In this document: piece after piece, positions 49,926 through 63,985 of the stretch | How the letters are laid out: every line of letters begins with the position of its first letter | Numbering within the stretch: position 1 is the stretch's first letter | Origin: Camelus dromedarius | Lineage: Eukaryota | Assembly (NCBI RefSeq): GCF_036321535.1 | Contig: NC_087447.1 | Location: forward strand, 37,388,001 to 37,452,000 | Direction of reading: 5' to 3' | DNA: 64,000 nucleotides | Translations under genes and position numbers: made by a program | The notes under the pieces: generated by a model | Seen by the model: only the letters and a program-made list of their open reading frames with translations | Told to the model about the DNA's origin: nothing | The model's database searches: none

Positions 49926-51006
49926 ACTGGTTGAGATGATTTCCGAGAAGCTGGTTGTGGCTGAATGACACCAGCTAGGCGTAGTGAAATACGCATCCTT
50001 GTGTTGGGGTAAAATGAACTCAAGCACACGTCAACACAACTTCTGATCTGAATAGGGTTGGGGGTGGGAATAGGGCATTGACAGTGCAGAATCCAGTCCT
50101 CTGGAGTACTGATTCCTTTAGCAAGCTGATGGTCATCACTGGAGGGGTTTGCTAGCCTTGCCCCATACCTTCCTCCACCCCAGTTCCATTTCCCTCTATA
50201 AAGCTTGGGCTCAACCTGACACTAGTGCTATGAAAGTTCTGCTCAAGCAGAACATCTGCGCACTAGATCTAGTGATAGACCGTGATCAGTGGAGTGGCTG
50301 GAAGGGAGGATAGCTGTTGGCAATGCTGATGGATACAACCTGCTGCCTTCCCTACCTCTAGGCCTGTTCACTCAGGATCCATAGCGCATCACAAATAGAT
50401 TTCTCATGTCCTCTCTTCAGACTTCCTCCAACCACCCGGCTTCAGAGGGAGGCAGGGATTTGTAGAGGCACATCCATCAAATCAGTGGAATCACTTCTGT
50501 TCATTTCTGATTGGATTCATAAATTTGTTTTGCCACAGTCATCTCATTCAGAGAGTTGACAAGCTCTTCCTGAATTCATGAATTTGGGAGGAAATGAACC
50601 AAAGGGAATGAGGAGCCCAATTTTGAACTGAACTTGTATGTTTATCTCCAACTTGTGTTAACAATTTCAAGAGAAGGATTACAGAACTGTGAAAAGGACC
50701 AGCACATTGTCCAACTGGAACAGCTGCACCAGGCATTATTCATTTCAAAGATCTTTTGTAGAAAAGGGCAAACATAGAACCAGAGACTGATACCTATTTT
50801 TCTAATCTATTTGCATGTCCGTCCGTTTACCAGGTAAACTGATGAATGTCATTCATCCATTTAGCAAATATTTATTGTGATCTGCTATGTATTAGATGCA
50901 GTTCTAGGTGCTTGGAGTGCATGAATGAAAAATACAGACAAAAATGTCTTCCTTTCAACTGGATAGGAATGTAAGTGGAGCTAATATTTGTGAGGAAAGA
51001 AAGGAA

Positions 51007-51008
<2 letters not shown>

Positions 51009-51040
<32 letters not shown>
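51009..51040. repeat. (GT)16 microsatellite
   Basis: Perfect run read directly. Confidence 0.97.
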
Positions 51041-51042
<2 letters not shown>

Positions 51043-51349
51043 CCAGCTATCTGTCCAGCTGTCTGATTTCTCAGATGTTCTCACCAATTTACCCTTTCTA
51101 GAAGTTATCACCACTCTCCATTCTTTCTTGTGTGGTATATTGGACCCTACAGTGCCTGATGGCGCTAAACCTAACTGCCCTTCACAACTTCCTGGGATAT
51201 TTGTTCAGCATAGAGATTTGAAGGTCCCAGCCCAGAACTACCAAACCAGAATTTCTAAGCATAGATTCTAAGAATCTTTATTTTCATGCTGCCCCTGGAG
51301 TCTTCTGAGGTAGACGGGCAGAAATCAGTCAAAAGGATGGACAATTGTT

Positions 51350-51590
51350 AAACAAGAGGGTAGTGAAAAGTCCAGAGATTTTTAGAAACACAGTCATGGG
51401 TACGAATACTAGCTCTATCATCTCCTAACAGTGTGACTAGAAGCAAGTCATACATTTTCCAGTCTCAATTTCTTTATCTGTAAAATGGGGGCAACAATGC
51501 CTACTGAATGGTAGAGCTGTCAAAACTAAGTGATGCAACATATTTCATGCAGCCAACCTACCACTGGCACATTGTAGGAACCTGATAAGC
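51350..51590 (+). mobile_element. MIR
   Basis: GGGTACGAATACTAGCTCT..GTGTGACT..GCAAGTCA..GTCTCAATTTCTTTATCTGTAAAATGGGG. Confidence 0.8.
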
Positions 51591-54191
51591 TCCTTCCTAA
51601 CCTTAGCTATCAAAAAAAAAGAAAACCTTTTATGCGATTTCTTAATTGAGTAATAGTTCACCATTCTGGCTTTTTACCTGGCTGATAAGGAAAGAGCACA
51701 AAAGAGGAAATCTTGATTTCATATTTCTTGACTTTACACTTAGTTATTTCTGCTAAAATATGAATACTGGCTCAGTATCAGCCAGTCTTCCCAAAATATT
51801 TTCATACAGCCAGAGTTTTAGAGATTAACTGGTAATGTTAGCATCTGACCAATAATTAAAATGGTTCACTTTCCTGTACATTTTAGTTCTTAGCCAATTA
51901 CTTTGATTAGTGTTAAATTTAATAATATGAACATCATGCATTTGTATGCTACTTTATAATTTTTTAAAATATATTCACATATTCTTGGATCTTCACAAGT
52001 ACTCTGGGAATTAATCAAGGCAGATACATTCTAGTGCTACAGATGAAAACACTGAAATCTACAGAGGTGAAATAATGTGCCCAAGTTCCATGGAGTTAGA
52101 GATGAAGCTTAGACCAGAATGAGACTAGCCCAGGACTGTCGTTAATACCAGATACTGACCACTAGAGATCTAGACCTAGAACGAAGGGAAACCCTATCTG
52201 CTGGACAGGATTCCAACTTTACTGAGCGTTCTGAGAGCCTGTGGGCCATCAGAGCCCATATGTTTACTTTCTGAGAAGGAAAGGAATGACTGTGTGTGTG
52301 TACCATAGCAATACATAAGACTTAGCCATAGAGAAATAAAAGACATTAGAAAGTATAAAAACTATAATGAAATACAAGGAAGCAGCATTAACTCTTAGGA
52401 AAGCTGTCTAAACTGGAAAAGTTCTCTGCATAATCAAGTCACCAGTGATGAAACACCAAGCCAGGCTGGAAACTGGGCCACCGTGGGGCAGGTGCTTCCT
52501 ACCCGTGATTGCTATGAATGAGCCAGTGAGCAGCCGGGCAGCCTCTAAAAGGGAAATTCTGATGGTATGATAAAGAGATTTAACAATCCATGGGATTACC
52601 CAAGAAGTACAGTCAAGGTATGAGTCAAGTAGATATTTCAAAGATTGGTCACTAAACCCAAAGACGTCAGTCCAAAATCTGGGCCAGAACTTTAATCCAG
52701 CAAAGCATGAGTAAATTGGGAAATGGCTGCATGGGGAACATCTCGAGGCAAATAACTGGATACTCCCATGAGCAGACTGCATTTTAAAGGCTGAAAGAGG
52801 CAAACATCAGTAGAACAGACGTGATTCCTTTGCTGCTTTCTTCAAAAGAATGGTTTTCAGAGTCAATGAAATAATAGTTATAAAATCATAACTAAGTACA
52901 TTGGTATATTACGTATTCTACGTGTACACGAAGAACAGCAGAAGGGGTTCAAGGAGCACCAATAGGATGTTTCTTTGTGTCACAATATACGGAAAAGAGA
53001 TGGATGATACAAGCTCAAGTGAAAGTGAGAGGCCATTTATTGAACAGATTTTTAATGCGTTATCTCATTCAAGCTCCAGGACAACCCTATGATAGGTCCT
53101 GTTTCTATTCCCATTGTACAGATACTAAAATTTGGAGAGATTGAGTCAAACAGCTATTAATAGGTAAAGCAGGCTTCTACCCATGTCTCCTTCTCCTGCT
53201 GTTGAAGGTTTATGGTCCTTCTTCCCCTGTAGTTGCACTTAGTCCATCCTGGAGAGCTGTTTGTGAGCTGAAGGGGGTTTGCACGGGAGGGTCAGATCCC
53301 CCTGATGATCCCTTCGGCAGAGTGAGTGGAGGGCTGGAGAAAACAATATGGGCAGTTCCCTAAAACCGGGACAGAAGCTGAGCATCCTGGATGAACACAG
53401 GCCCACAGATGAGTCCCAGGAGTGAAGGCTAGTGGCTCCAGGAGGAGCCCACAGATGGAAGTCAGCTCGGCTGTTGGGAATCACAGTACCAGACTACTGG
53501 CGCAGCCTTCAGCTCATGCTTTTATTTCCTTATTTAATGCCATTAGCTCTTCCAGCCCCACTTCTCAACTTGGACTTTGAAAGCCTTCAGTGTGACTCCT
53601 CACAAGAAGCTGGGCAAAATCTGGCTGCAGAAAGAGGCTGCAGAATCAGCCTGATCTCCCTCATGTGCCCGGGAGGGCCAAAGTTAGCTTGCTGATTCTC
53701 AACTGGGTAAGGAAGGAGAGAGACTTAACTGAGGGCCTTATGCCTAATCACAGATCTTACCAAAAGCGTTTGAGAAAACTGCCGAAGGTATAGAGCAGCA
53801 AGGCCAGCAAATTCTCCATGGGGCCTGCTTCTCTGAATTCTGCACTCCAAGTTCAAACTCAGTAATTGCAAGGCTGACTAGCTGAGCCCAGGGCTTGAGC
53901 TAGGATTTGATCATGTGACTGGGCTTAACCTATCAGACTCACAAAGCGCTTCCTCAGCCCCAGGTGTAAAGCTGAAAGCCGGAAGCAACTCTGCTTAAAG
54001 AGAATGGAGTCCAGGATTCCTCCTTGGGAGCTTCTTTTGGGGAAGCTGAACTCTTCTGTGACTACATCACAGACTAGGATCCTGGTCTCTGGACCTCTCA
54101 GACAGGATTATGACTCAGCACAGAAGGCAGCAACTCAATTCTCCTCTCTTGGAATCACCTTTATGTCTCTCTAAGCACTTTGCTCAGCAAA

Positions 54192-54914
54192 TTTTTTTTT
54201 AGTTCAAGTATAGTCAGTTTACAGTGTGTCAATATCTGGTGTACAGCATAATGTTTCAGATATATATATATACATATATTCATTTTCAGATACTTTTTCA
54301 TTATAGGTTCATTATAAGATATTGGGTATAGTTCCCTGTGCTATACAGGGAACTATATATACTTTATATATAGTAGTTGTATATCTGTTTTATATATAGT
54401 AGTTAGTATCTGCAAATCTTGAATTCCCAATTTATCCCTTCCCACCCTCTTTCCCCCAGGAACCTTGGGTTTGTTTTCTATGCCTGTGAGTCTGTTTCTG
54501 TTTTGTAAATAAGTTCATTTGTGGGGTTTGTTTTTTTTTTTTGTAGATTCCACGTATGAGTGATATCATATGGTATTTTTCATTCTCTTTCCAGCTTATT
54601 TCACTTAGAATAATGATCTCCAGGTTCACCCATGTTGCTGCAAATGGCATTATTTTATTCTTTTTATGGCTGAGTAATATTCCTACTGCTGGTGGGAATG
54701 TAGTTTGGTGCAACCATTATGGGAAACAGTATGGAGATTCCTCAGAAAACTAAAGATAGACTTACCATATGATCCAGCATCCCACTCCTAGGCATGTATC
54801 CAGAGGGAACTCTAATTTGAAAAGATACATGTACCCCAATGTTCATAGCAGCACTGTTTACAATAGCCAAGACATGGAAGCAACCTAAATTTCCATCAAC
54901 AAATGACTGGATAG
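54192..54914 (-). mobile_element. Younger L1 with 5' inversion (- strand 3'UTR 54192-54683; + strand inverted piece 54684-54914)
   Basis: Poly-T and reverse 3'UTR up to ..TTTATGGCTGAGTAATATTCC, immediately followed by forward ORF2-end sequence ACTGCTGGTGGGAATGTA..CAACCTAAAT..GACTGGATA. Confidence 0.9.
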
Positions 54915-55419
54915 GGCATTTGTTTTAAACACACTTATTCTCTCCAGTAAAGCAGTGTCCCTTTATCCTTTGTTGTACTTTTCCTACCCTCTGGCCTGTC
55001 TTGAGCAAGGTTCAGATGGTAAGAGTGTTACCTGGGATGCTCTAAGAACAAAGAAATGGAGGTAGAGTCTGGTCTTACCTCCTGACCAAGGATGATCCAG
55101 GAACTACAGTTTTTACTGGACAATAGAAACTTGGCATAATGAAAAGAACACTGACTCTGCTATTTACAAGCTTTGTGAATTTGAACATGTTCGTTATCTT
55201 GCTGAGTCTCAGTTTTTGAAATGAAAATAATATTGCCTGTCACATAGAGTTATTAAGAAGATTAAATGAGATTAAATTGGCTCTTTTACTGGCAGAAAAC
55301 AAGGTAGAGCATCTGGAGGACGCCTACTCCCAAGATTGTTGTGGAACAACTCTATTTCTCCTTTTTCTGGCAAAGAACCAAGAGGGTTAATGGTTCATGA
55401 ACTCCTTACATTTTTGTGG

Positions 55420-55665
55420 CAAGTCACCAAAAGTGTAGAACTAAAACCAGATTCTATAGGTTCAAATCCTGGCTGGGCCACTTACTATCCATGTGAGCTT
55501 GAACAAATTGCTTAAGTTCCTTGTGCCTCAGTTTCCTTCTTTTAAAAACCCAATAATGAAAATATCTATGCCTTAGGGATGTCATGAAAATTAAACAAAT
55601 AAATGTATGTAAAGCACTTAGACCAGCCTGACATACAGTAAGCATACAAGAAATGTTAGCTAATA
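55420..55665 (+). mobile_element. MIR, near full length
   Basis: GGTTCAAATCCTGGCT..CCACTTACTA..TGTGAGCTTGAACAA..TGTGCCTCAGTTTCCT..TGTAAAGCACTTAGA..CCTGACATACAGTAAGC. Confidence 0.9.
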
Positions 55666-57377
55666 TTCCCTCAGTGAATTCATTGGGTGTCTACTATGCA
55701 CAGGTACTGTGTTAGGCTTTGGGGCAGCAGAGGTGAATTAGACACAAGCTGGCCCTTAAGGGGTTCACAGCCCCAAGGAGCAGAGTTACAAGGCCTACTT
55801 TTCCCAGAGTTCCCAAAGTTCTCTTTGCATACTTTCTGGTGACAGTTTTCTCTCATCTCCCCAACTTCTCTGGGGAATGATCTGCTTTCCCCAAATTTTA
55901 TCTGCAAACATCTCTCAGACAGACTATTCAGGACTAAGTCTTTTACTTCTGCACTTCACACTGGATACCGGGAACTGAGTCCCTCCAGGCTGTCCCTAAT
56001 GATCTTACAGGGCTTTAGTCACCAAGGACTTACCCCACAAGAGAAAGAAAAAAAACCCACAAGTATTAATCATACCAGTCTAGTGTTTAGTTCCCTAATA
56101 TTTAATTGCTTAATTTCCCAAAGTTATATTTACTTTTGATTAAATTCTTTAAGTTCTGAATCTATGCAAAATACATTCCAAGAATTTTTCATCTTTTTAT
56201 GTTAATCAATAGTTAAATGAACAAAATTGTTTGCAATCAAATAATCAACACATCCCCCCAAAAATGTCATTTAATGGTTCTCTAGTGTTTATTTTAAAGA
56301 CCATGGAATAAATGTGTTTTGAATGTAGGGAATTTCAAGCTTTTCTCACAGAAAAATTTGTATAAGCAAATGAGTTCCAAAAGCAGCTATTACTTTTTCA
56401 TCCTCAGAATTTAATGATCATCTGGCCTATGGAACCCTTTGCATCATATTTTACTCTGGGGCTTAGGTAGTGATAGGCATTCTCTGCATACCAAATTTAA
56501 TTCTCCACTCCGGTGAGATTCTAGCTCCCAAGGGAAAGCCACAGTATAGGTCTCTTCATCTAAGTGGATTGGGATACTACTAGCTGGATAAAGGGAGATG
56601 ATCCAGCCAACTGATAGGTCTTTGAGCTCTTCTCTGTGGTGCATAATTCCTTCATGGGCAGCCTGGACAGGTGCCCACCTATCCAGACCTCAGGAGGGCC
56701 ATGTGTGTTGGAAATGGGTGTCAGATTGAGGGGCACATTGACAAAGCCTTGTCCACAGCTGAAAAATGGGAGTGGGTGGAGACTGGGCACAGAGCAAGAA
56801 AAGACTGAGTAGACTAAGTCCACTTTCCCAGGGAAATACTTCTGGCCTGGAAAAAGTAAATAGAGAATTGAAGGGAAAGGAAGGGGAAGTAGAATTGGGG
56901 TGAGAAATCAAATGGAGGCAAAGGAAAAAATTAGCGGAGAAAAAGATCAGGAAAGAACGAGAGGAGAGGGAAGAAATGAGAAAGAGAGAAAGAGAGAATG
57001 GTAAGTGATGGATAGTCTAGAAGGAAAAGAGACTCTAGACAGAAGAAAGGAGAATCTGGAAGCAAGAGAGAGGAAAAGAACCCAGAGAGATACCAAGGCA
57101 GGAAATTCAGGACTTCAAGCTCTCTGAACAAGGTTTACCACCAACCCAGTCTGTGACATCCCTCCCCACCAGCCCCCATACCTGGCCTCTTTGGTAAAAA
57201 GGTGCTAAGTTACCCAACTCATGAGCTCCAAGAAAATTAAATGAGAATGTGAACCTAAAGCATCAAATACAGTGCTTACCAGGACAGATGTTCTATAAAT
57301 GAAATCTACATTTGCCACTTAATCTCAATTTATCAAACAAATCCTTCATTCTCTAGCAGTCAAAAATAGAGTTAGCA

Positions 57378-58096
<719 letters not shown>

Positions 58097-58112
58097 AAAA
58101 ATACAGTTAGCA

Positions 58113-58750
58113 GAATGAGAAGCAGAGATGGGAACAGAGATGAACAAAATATAGTCTTTGTCCTCTGAGAATTCAAAGTCAAATAGAGAAGAAATAGCCA
58201 CATGCTTTGGGACACTGAGCTCTAATACAGAAGTTTGTAGCAGGTGCTGTGGGAGCATGGAGAAGGAAGATTTTGCCACCTCAGAGGTCATGGAGAGTTC
58301 CCAGAGGGAGTGGCATTTGAACTGAGGGGTGGAGAAAAAGAAATTTTCCAAATGGAGAAAGGCAGGGAGAGGCTTTTCACCCAAAGCAAATGACAGGACC
58401 AAAGCAGAGATGGGAAGAAGCTGGGTGTGTGCAATGAGAAAGAAGTTGGATGGAAGGAGGGTGGTAACAGGAGTATCAGCTGGCGTCCAATTTTGAAGGA
58501 TATTGTGTGCAAGATGGTGAAGCTGTCATGACACTGCCAGGACCCATCAAAGGATTTTAAATAGAAGAGCGATGCACTTGAGTTTAGAAATGATCCTGGA
58601 GCTCTGTGGATTAGAAGCAGCTGAACTGGATGCGGAGAGACTGGCTATTCTATTCTTCCAGAGAGATCTGATGATGCCCCAAGAAAAAGCAGGCACAATA
58701 GGACTGGAGAGGACATAAAAGATCTGAATGAGGTAAAATCATCAGGTACA
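58113..58750 (-). mobile_element. L2 fragment
   Basis: GTGCTGTGGGAGCA; GGCATTTGAACTGAG; GGACCCATCAAAGGATTTTAAATAG; GAGGTAAAATCATCAGG. Confidence 0.7.
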
Positions 58751-59489
58751 TTCACAAAATCCCCATGGAGGGGAACTGGACGACCCTCATGGGTCCCTGA
58801 GAAGCTTATAAATGGTGGGTGATCATTTGCCCCAGTCTTTTACCCACCACTACTTCCTCCAGAGGATTCTTCCTTTCTTAAGACCCAAAATGAGTCTTTT
58901 ACTTATCAACATTTGTTTAATACTGTATTTATTAAACCATTTAAAGAAGTCACTGTATATCTTAGTTGTTTGTTTTTAGGTATGTTGCATAATTCATTAG
59001 TAGCAAGTGCTGGAGGATGAAGCTTTTACAGAAGCAAGAGAAACGTGCTAGGATAAAGAATCAGATACTTCTTGCAACTAGAAGTCTCTATCAGACCTTC
59101 TAGAGTGGGTCTCTCATGCCAGACGTGTCTACGGAATGTACCTTCACAGCCCTCCCCAACAGTCCATTACACACATGCAGATGAACTTTTAGGTATGGTT
59201 TGGGGGCTGGTTTCTGGTGATACCTAGCACAGTCTGAGTTATTCAATGTCCTCATTCAGTCATCACTGGGGATGTTCAGTGAGATGAGAAGGATCAAATG
59301 GACATGGTGTTTGCCTGACAATTTCCATCATATGGAAGAAGCAGAAGTGCAGCCTTGCTCTGTGTGGTCCCCAAAGGAACTGCAACCAGTGAGAAGAAGT
59401 CCCCTGGGGACAGATTACAGCTCATCCTCAGACTGGGGAACAGGGAATCTGTCAAACAGGGAATGGATGTTGTTATCCTGTAGAATAGG

Positions 59490-59720
59490 CTGTACTTTTA
59501 TTGAGCACCTACTGTATTCCAGGTACTGGGCTAAGACTCTTATAGCCATTTTCTCTTTGAAAACTCACACCTCCTCTGTGGGTTAGGGAGGCCATCTCCA
59601 CTTCACAGATGAGGCAACCAATGCTTACAGGGGTTAAATGACTTGCCCATGGTCACGCAGCAGGTAAATGATAGTTCTAGGATTCAAGTCCAACCCCAGA
59701 CCCCAGGCTGAGGCTGTCCC
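59490..59720 (-). mobile_element. MIR
   Basis: TTTATTGAGCACCTACTGT..CCAGGTACTG; CACAGATGAGGCAAC..GGTTAAATGACTTGCCCATGGTCAC..AGGATTCAA. Confidence 0.88.
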
Positions 59721-62154
59721 CTTGTTAGCCTGATGCTTCTCTGCTGAGTGTGTGGGTGGCCAGTTCCTGGAACTGATCAGAAGCAGAGACACCAAATGCC
59801 TGAGAAGCTGTAGAAGGGGTTCAGTTTGGGACATGACATCAGCCCCCATGAACACACACCTTTCTCCTAACTCTGAGTATCTCTGATTCTCAGACAGCAA
59901 AATAAAGCTGAAATGAATACACTGTGGTGACACCCAAATTTCAAGCATGGCAACAGTAACAAGGATAAAGGAATGTTATCTGCAACATACTTTTTTCCTT
60001 AAAAAAAGGAGAAAGCAAAAGTGACAAGAAGAAGCAAAATGTGTATTTTATAAAACATTTTTCATCACCAAAAGTTCTGTTTTAGGTATTCTTCTTGCAT
60101 GTTTTCATGCTGAAACCTATTTGCAAATTATTTTCTCACTTTTTTTTTCACATGAAATATACCCTCGATTATATGACAAGAAATTATATGGTGCTAATAA
60201 TTTATTTAAAACCAGATCCATGTCTCACATTCACTCTGTGTTGTGAAATCAAGTAGATGCAGAAGGGGATTTTTTTTTCTCTGAACTTTCTGACCATCTC
60301 TATTGTGGAAGGGAGAGTAATAGCAGGTATTGAGGGTGCCAATTATGTGGTGATGTACAAACCCGCTGGAGAAAAATCTATATGATATTTTAATGCTAGT
60401 CAAACAGAACGATGTAGTTTAAATTAGCTTGAAGCTACTAAAAATTCTAACTATGGCTCTGCCTTCATTGTATGGGAGGATGAAAAATAGCTTTACAGAA
60501 AAATATGCCTATCTTCTCTGCAGATGGAGTGCTTGATACCTCTTTTTATGCCGATGAGCAAGGCTCCGTTTTTGTTTGTTCATTGCTCCATTTTTTCTGT
60601 CCATTTCTCCTTTCACTTCTTTTTCTCTCCTGCTCACCACCTTCCCCCACTTCTTTTCAATCATCATATCCTCTCCTTCCTTCTATGTTAATCCATCTGT
60701 CAGTTTCATAAGCTCATAGAAACAGAGAATGTTAGAACTCAGATAACTCTGGTTAAAAATGGCAGGGAAGATTTGAAAACAAATCAGATCCAACCATCTC
60801 ATGGTACAGAAGGGTGGGTGGGAGGGGACGAAGGGGTTGAGGGCTAGAGAGAGGATGCAGCTTGTTGAAGTCCATCCAACAACTCTGTAAGGAAGTAGTC
60901 TGATCAGGGAGTGAGTCAGAGAGGGAGTTTGGATGAGAATAAGAAACCAGAATTCTCACCTCCATAGACTCTGTTCATTAGCAAGAAAATCTAAGTGTAA
61001 TAATCACATTTCCAATTACTTAAAAAAAAAAAAAAGTGTAGGAGGGTACATCCAAACCTCATGCAGCCCTGTCAGAAGCAAGGTAGGTAGAAACATCTCC
61101 AGGATATGGTCGACAAAAGGGGGTGTGGTGGGGGAATGGTGTGTAATGTATATTTCTTGCAGGTCAGGCACTTCCACATGTTATTTAATCCTTAAACAGG
61201 ACTGCCACTAAGTATCTATAACATTGTTCTATACATAGGATCCTGAGGTTCAGAAAAATTAACTGAGCACACAGCTGGAGAGTGAGATGAAATCAAGCCT
61301 TGTTGAAAGCCTGTGTCCTCCATGAGTTACGGACAAACTTTCAGGTGTCTCAACATGCCCATGGAGGAACCAGGGCTGGAAATCCATCTTCTAGCCCAGA
61401 AGACTTTCCAGAGTTTCTCAGGAAATAAGCCCAGAGGGTTGGCATGACCTCACCAAGGGCTACAGTTAGCACTGGGTCCTTGTTGATACTAAAGTTCATG
61501 ACCAGCAGGACAGAGCTGAGGGGCAGGGGCAGAAAAGTTAAGTTAAACTTGGGGAATTATGTATTGCTTACTTGAGAAAATTGGCTACATAAGAACCAAG
61601 CACAAGAATTAGTGTTTAAAAAGTAAGCTTTGTTTTTTGTTCCAGATAGTAGGGTTGTAGATGATTTCCTCTTTTTTTTTTTCCATAGAAAATAGCCACA
61701 TTGTTCATAGAAATAAAGCAACATAGAAAAGTTCAGATGGAATGGTAAAAATCACCCAGAATGCCACCATCAACTGGTAACCATTCGTAACTGTTGGGTG
61801 TCTATCTTTACAGAACTTTTTCTTGGCCAGGAAACATGCTTCTGTTTTCTTCTTTATATTGTTCTATATGTTGCAAACTTTTCACACATTTTATGTATTT
61901 ATTTTATATTAAGAAATTTTAATTAGAAAAGCCATTTGAGGCTAGAGGATGAAGAACTTGGGAAGGCAGGATCAGGGGTTTAGTTACATACCTGGCATGT
62001 CTGTCTGTCCCCAAACTGCCCCTTCAAAAAATGACTGGAGACGAAATCATAATACGTGTAGACTTAACTCTATAAATGACTGGGAAACCCTGAAGAACTT
62101 TAAGAAGGTATGAAACACGACTGCGTTAACAACATAAATAGATTCCTTCAGCAC

Positions 62155-62330
62155 AGTGTCATCAAAATGTAGTGCCTGGTCCACCAGCATGGGGGTCTTG
62201 TTAGAAATGCAAATTCTCAGGTCCTATCCTAGATTTAATCCAAGACTCTGAGAGTTCAGGACCCAGAAATCTGATTTTAAACAAGCCCACCCATGATTCT
62301 GATGCATGCTGGGCTTGAGAGCCTCTGCTC
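62155..62330. mobile_element. MER5A-type hAT-Charlie MITE
   Basis: CTTGTTAGAAATGCAAATTCTCAGG..CCCAGAAATCTG.TTTTAAACAAGCCC..TGATTCTGATGCA..TTGAGAGCCTCTGCTCTA. Confidence 0.85.
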
Positions 62331-63869
62331 TACCCTCTCACAGCATTTAAAGAACATATGTGATGGAGAGGAGGTGGTAGTAAGAGCAGAAGCCCCATCA
62401 GTCGTCAAGGTGAGATACCAGGATGGGCTGAACTCGGGTGGGAATCAGAGTTCCTCAGAAGATATACACAGTAGAATGATGTCAGAAGCCCAGCCCAGCT
62501 ACATCCAACGTCTGTGTTTGGTTGAGCTGACAATCCCAAGCCTCTGAATTATCACCACAATCCACATTTAGGTATTACCGCAGCAGGACTCACAAATCAA
62601 TTATTTTCTGCATCCCTATAAATCTTTCTCAGAACAAGACAGCTTAGGTCTTCTATAAATTCATTTTAAAAATTGGGTTTGCCTATTAATTGCTAAATCT
62701 AAGCACTTGTCTTCTTGTGCACATTAATATAAAAAAGCATTCAAAAAACCTTCCCAAGTTGTCATTCAATAGCCACATGTGCTAGAAAGAGAATGTTTTT
62801 AGTATGCATGCACTTTCTCCCTCTTATTTTTTTTTCAGTCCTCTAAATACGGAAGTGTTGGCAGATCAGTTTCAAGTTCTTCACCCGCTCTGATACGATA
62901 CGAGAGCCTGGATTTTTTGTTGAAGTTCACTACCCCAGACCCCCTCCCCCAGGTTGAAGGATGACATTGTTCACCACAATGATTCCCTCAGGATTCCCCC
63001 ACGTCATGCCTGCCAAGCCCCAATGACAAGATATAGGGGGCAGTTAGACTATTACATACGCTCCCTGCCACTTTCAATCAAGCCTAATGCAATCAGAAAC
63101 ACATGACTACATCAACACATCGCCTTTAATCAAATGTGATTAAGTCAGTCATTAGTTTTTCAAGACAAATAAAGGATACAAGTGCTTGTATTATAAACAT
63201 AACCGCCTCCCTTTGCAAGTGATTTGTTGGAAAGGAAGGCCCCCAGCACAGAACTTGGGACCTTCAGAGGTCTTTGTACTTTTTCTGCTGGTGTTTATTA
63301 TGATAAAGCATTTCTGGGTTCATATGCACAATTCCTCCTTCCCTGTCCCCTCTCACAAGCCCCCATGTTGTCAGGTGGAATTTGGCTTCAGCTTGATCAG
63401 GATGATTTCATTATCCCATTGTTACCGTTATGACTTAGGCAATTAGTAGTTTATAAGTATAAATTTATGGCAATCTGTGATCCAGGCGCATTGACAGTAG
63501 TCAGGGCATAATAAAAACCCAATCAATTTCTTTCATTTAATATGTAGGTTGTGACCCTAGTTTTGATTAGAACTCTTCGCTATTTCATCTTTAAATAAAA
63601 AAGAATGTCTGCAAGCAATTATATGGTGTGTTAATTGGATATTCCTTTTTATCTCTTATACTACTGAATGCATTGCTAACGAAATCCTTGTTTTCTCTTT
63701 ATGTCTCTCAGTCTCTCTCCACCTCCCTCTCTCTGACTCTGTTAATGTCTTTATCTCCCCACTTCTTGGTCTCTACCTCATTCCTTCCTTCCAGCTCTCC
63801 ATTGGGAATCACTGACCATACACAGCTTGATTAAAACAAGGAGGGGACTTTCCATCATCCTCCCTCTGT

Positions 63870-63985
63870 TCTATGAACCCAGCTTTCCATCAAGGCATTT
63901 AGGCATCATGGAGCTGAGGTCACCAGATTGTCTACAAGGTCTGGCACACAGCAGGCACTCAACAATTGGTAAATGAATGAATGGG
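63870..63985 (+). mobile_element. L2 3' tail
   Basis: GTCTGGCACACAGCAGGCACTCAACAA..AAATGAATGAATG. Confidence 0.7.

Noticed and set aside
52408..52803. 131-aa - strand ORF in unique sequence
   Set aside because: Not recognisable as any protein, and the + strand frames close quickly; cannot support an exon.
55028..55130. Minus-strand splice-like motifs bracketing 10-nt and 37-nt mini-exons
   Set aside because: Neither length preserves frame, the spacing is very tight, and such motifs are common by chance.
56860..57095. Long purine-rich (GA) tract
   Set aside because: Irregular low-complexity sequence without a clear mirror repeat or unit; common in mammalian DNA.
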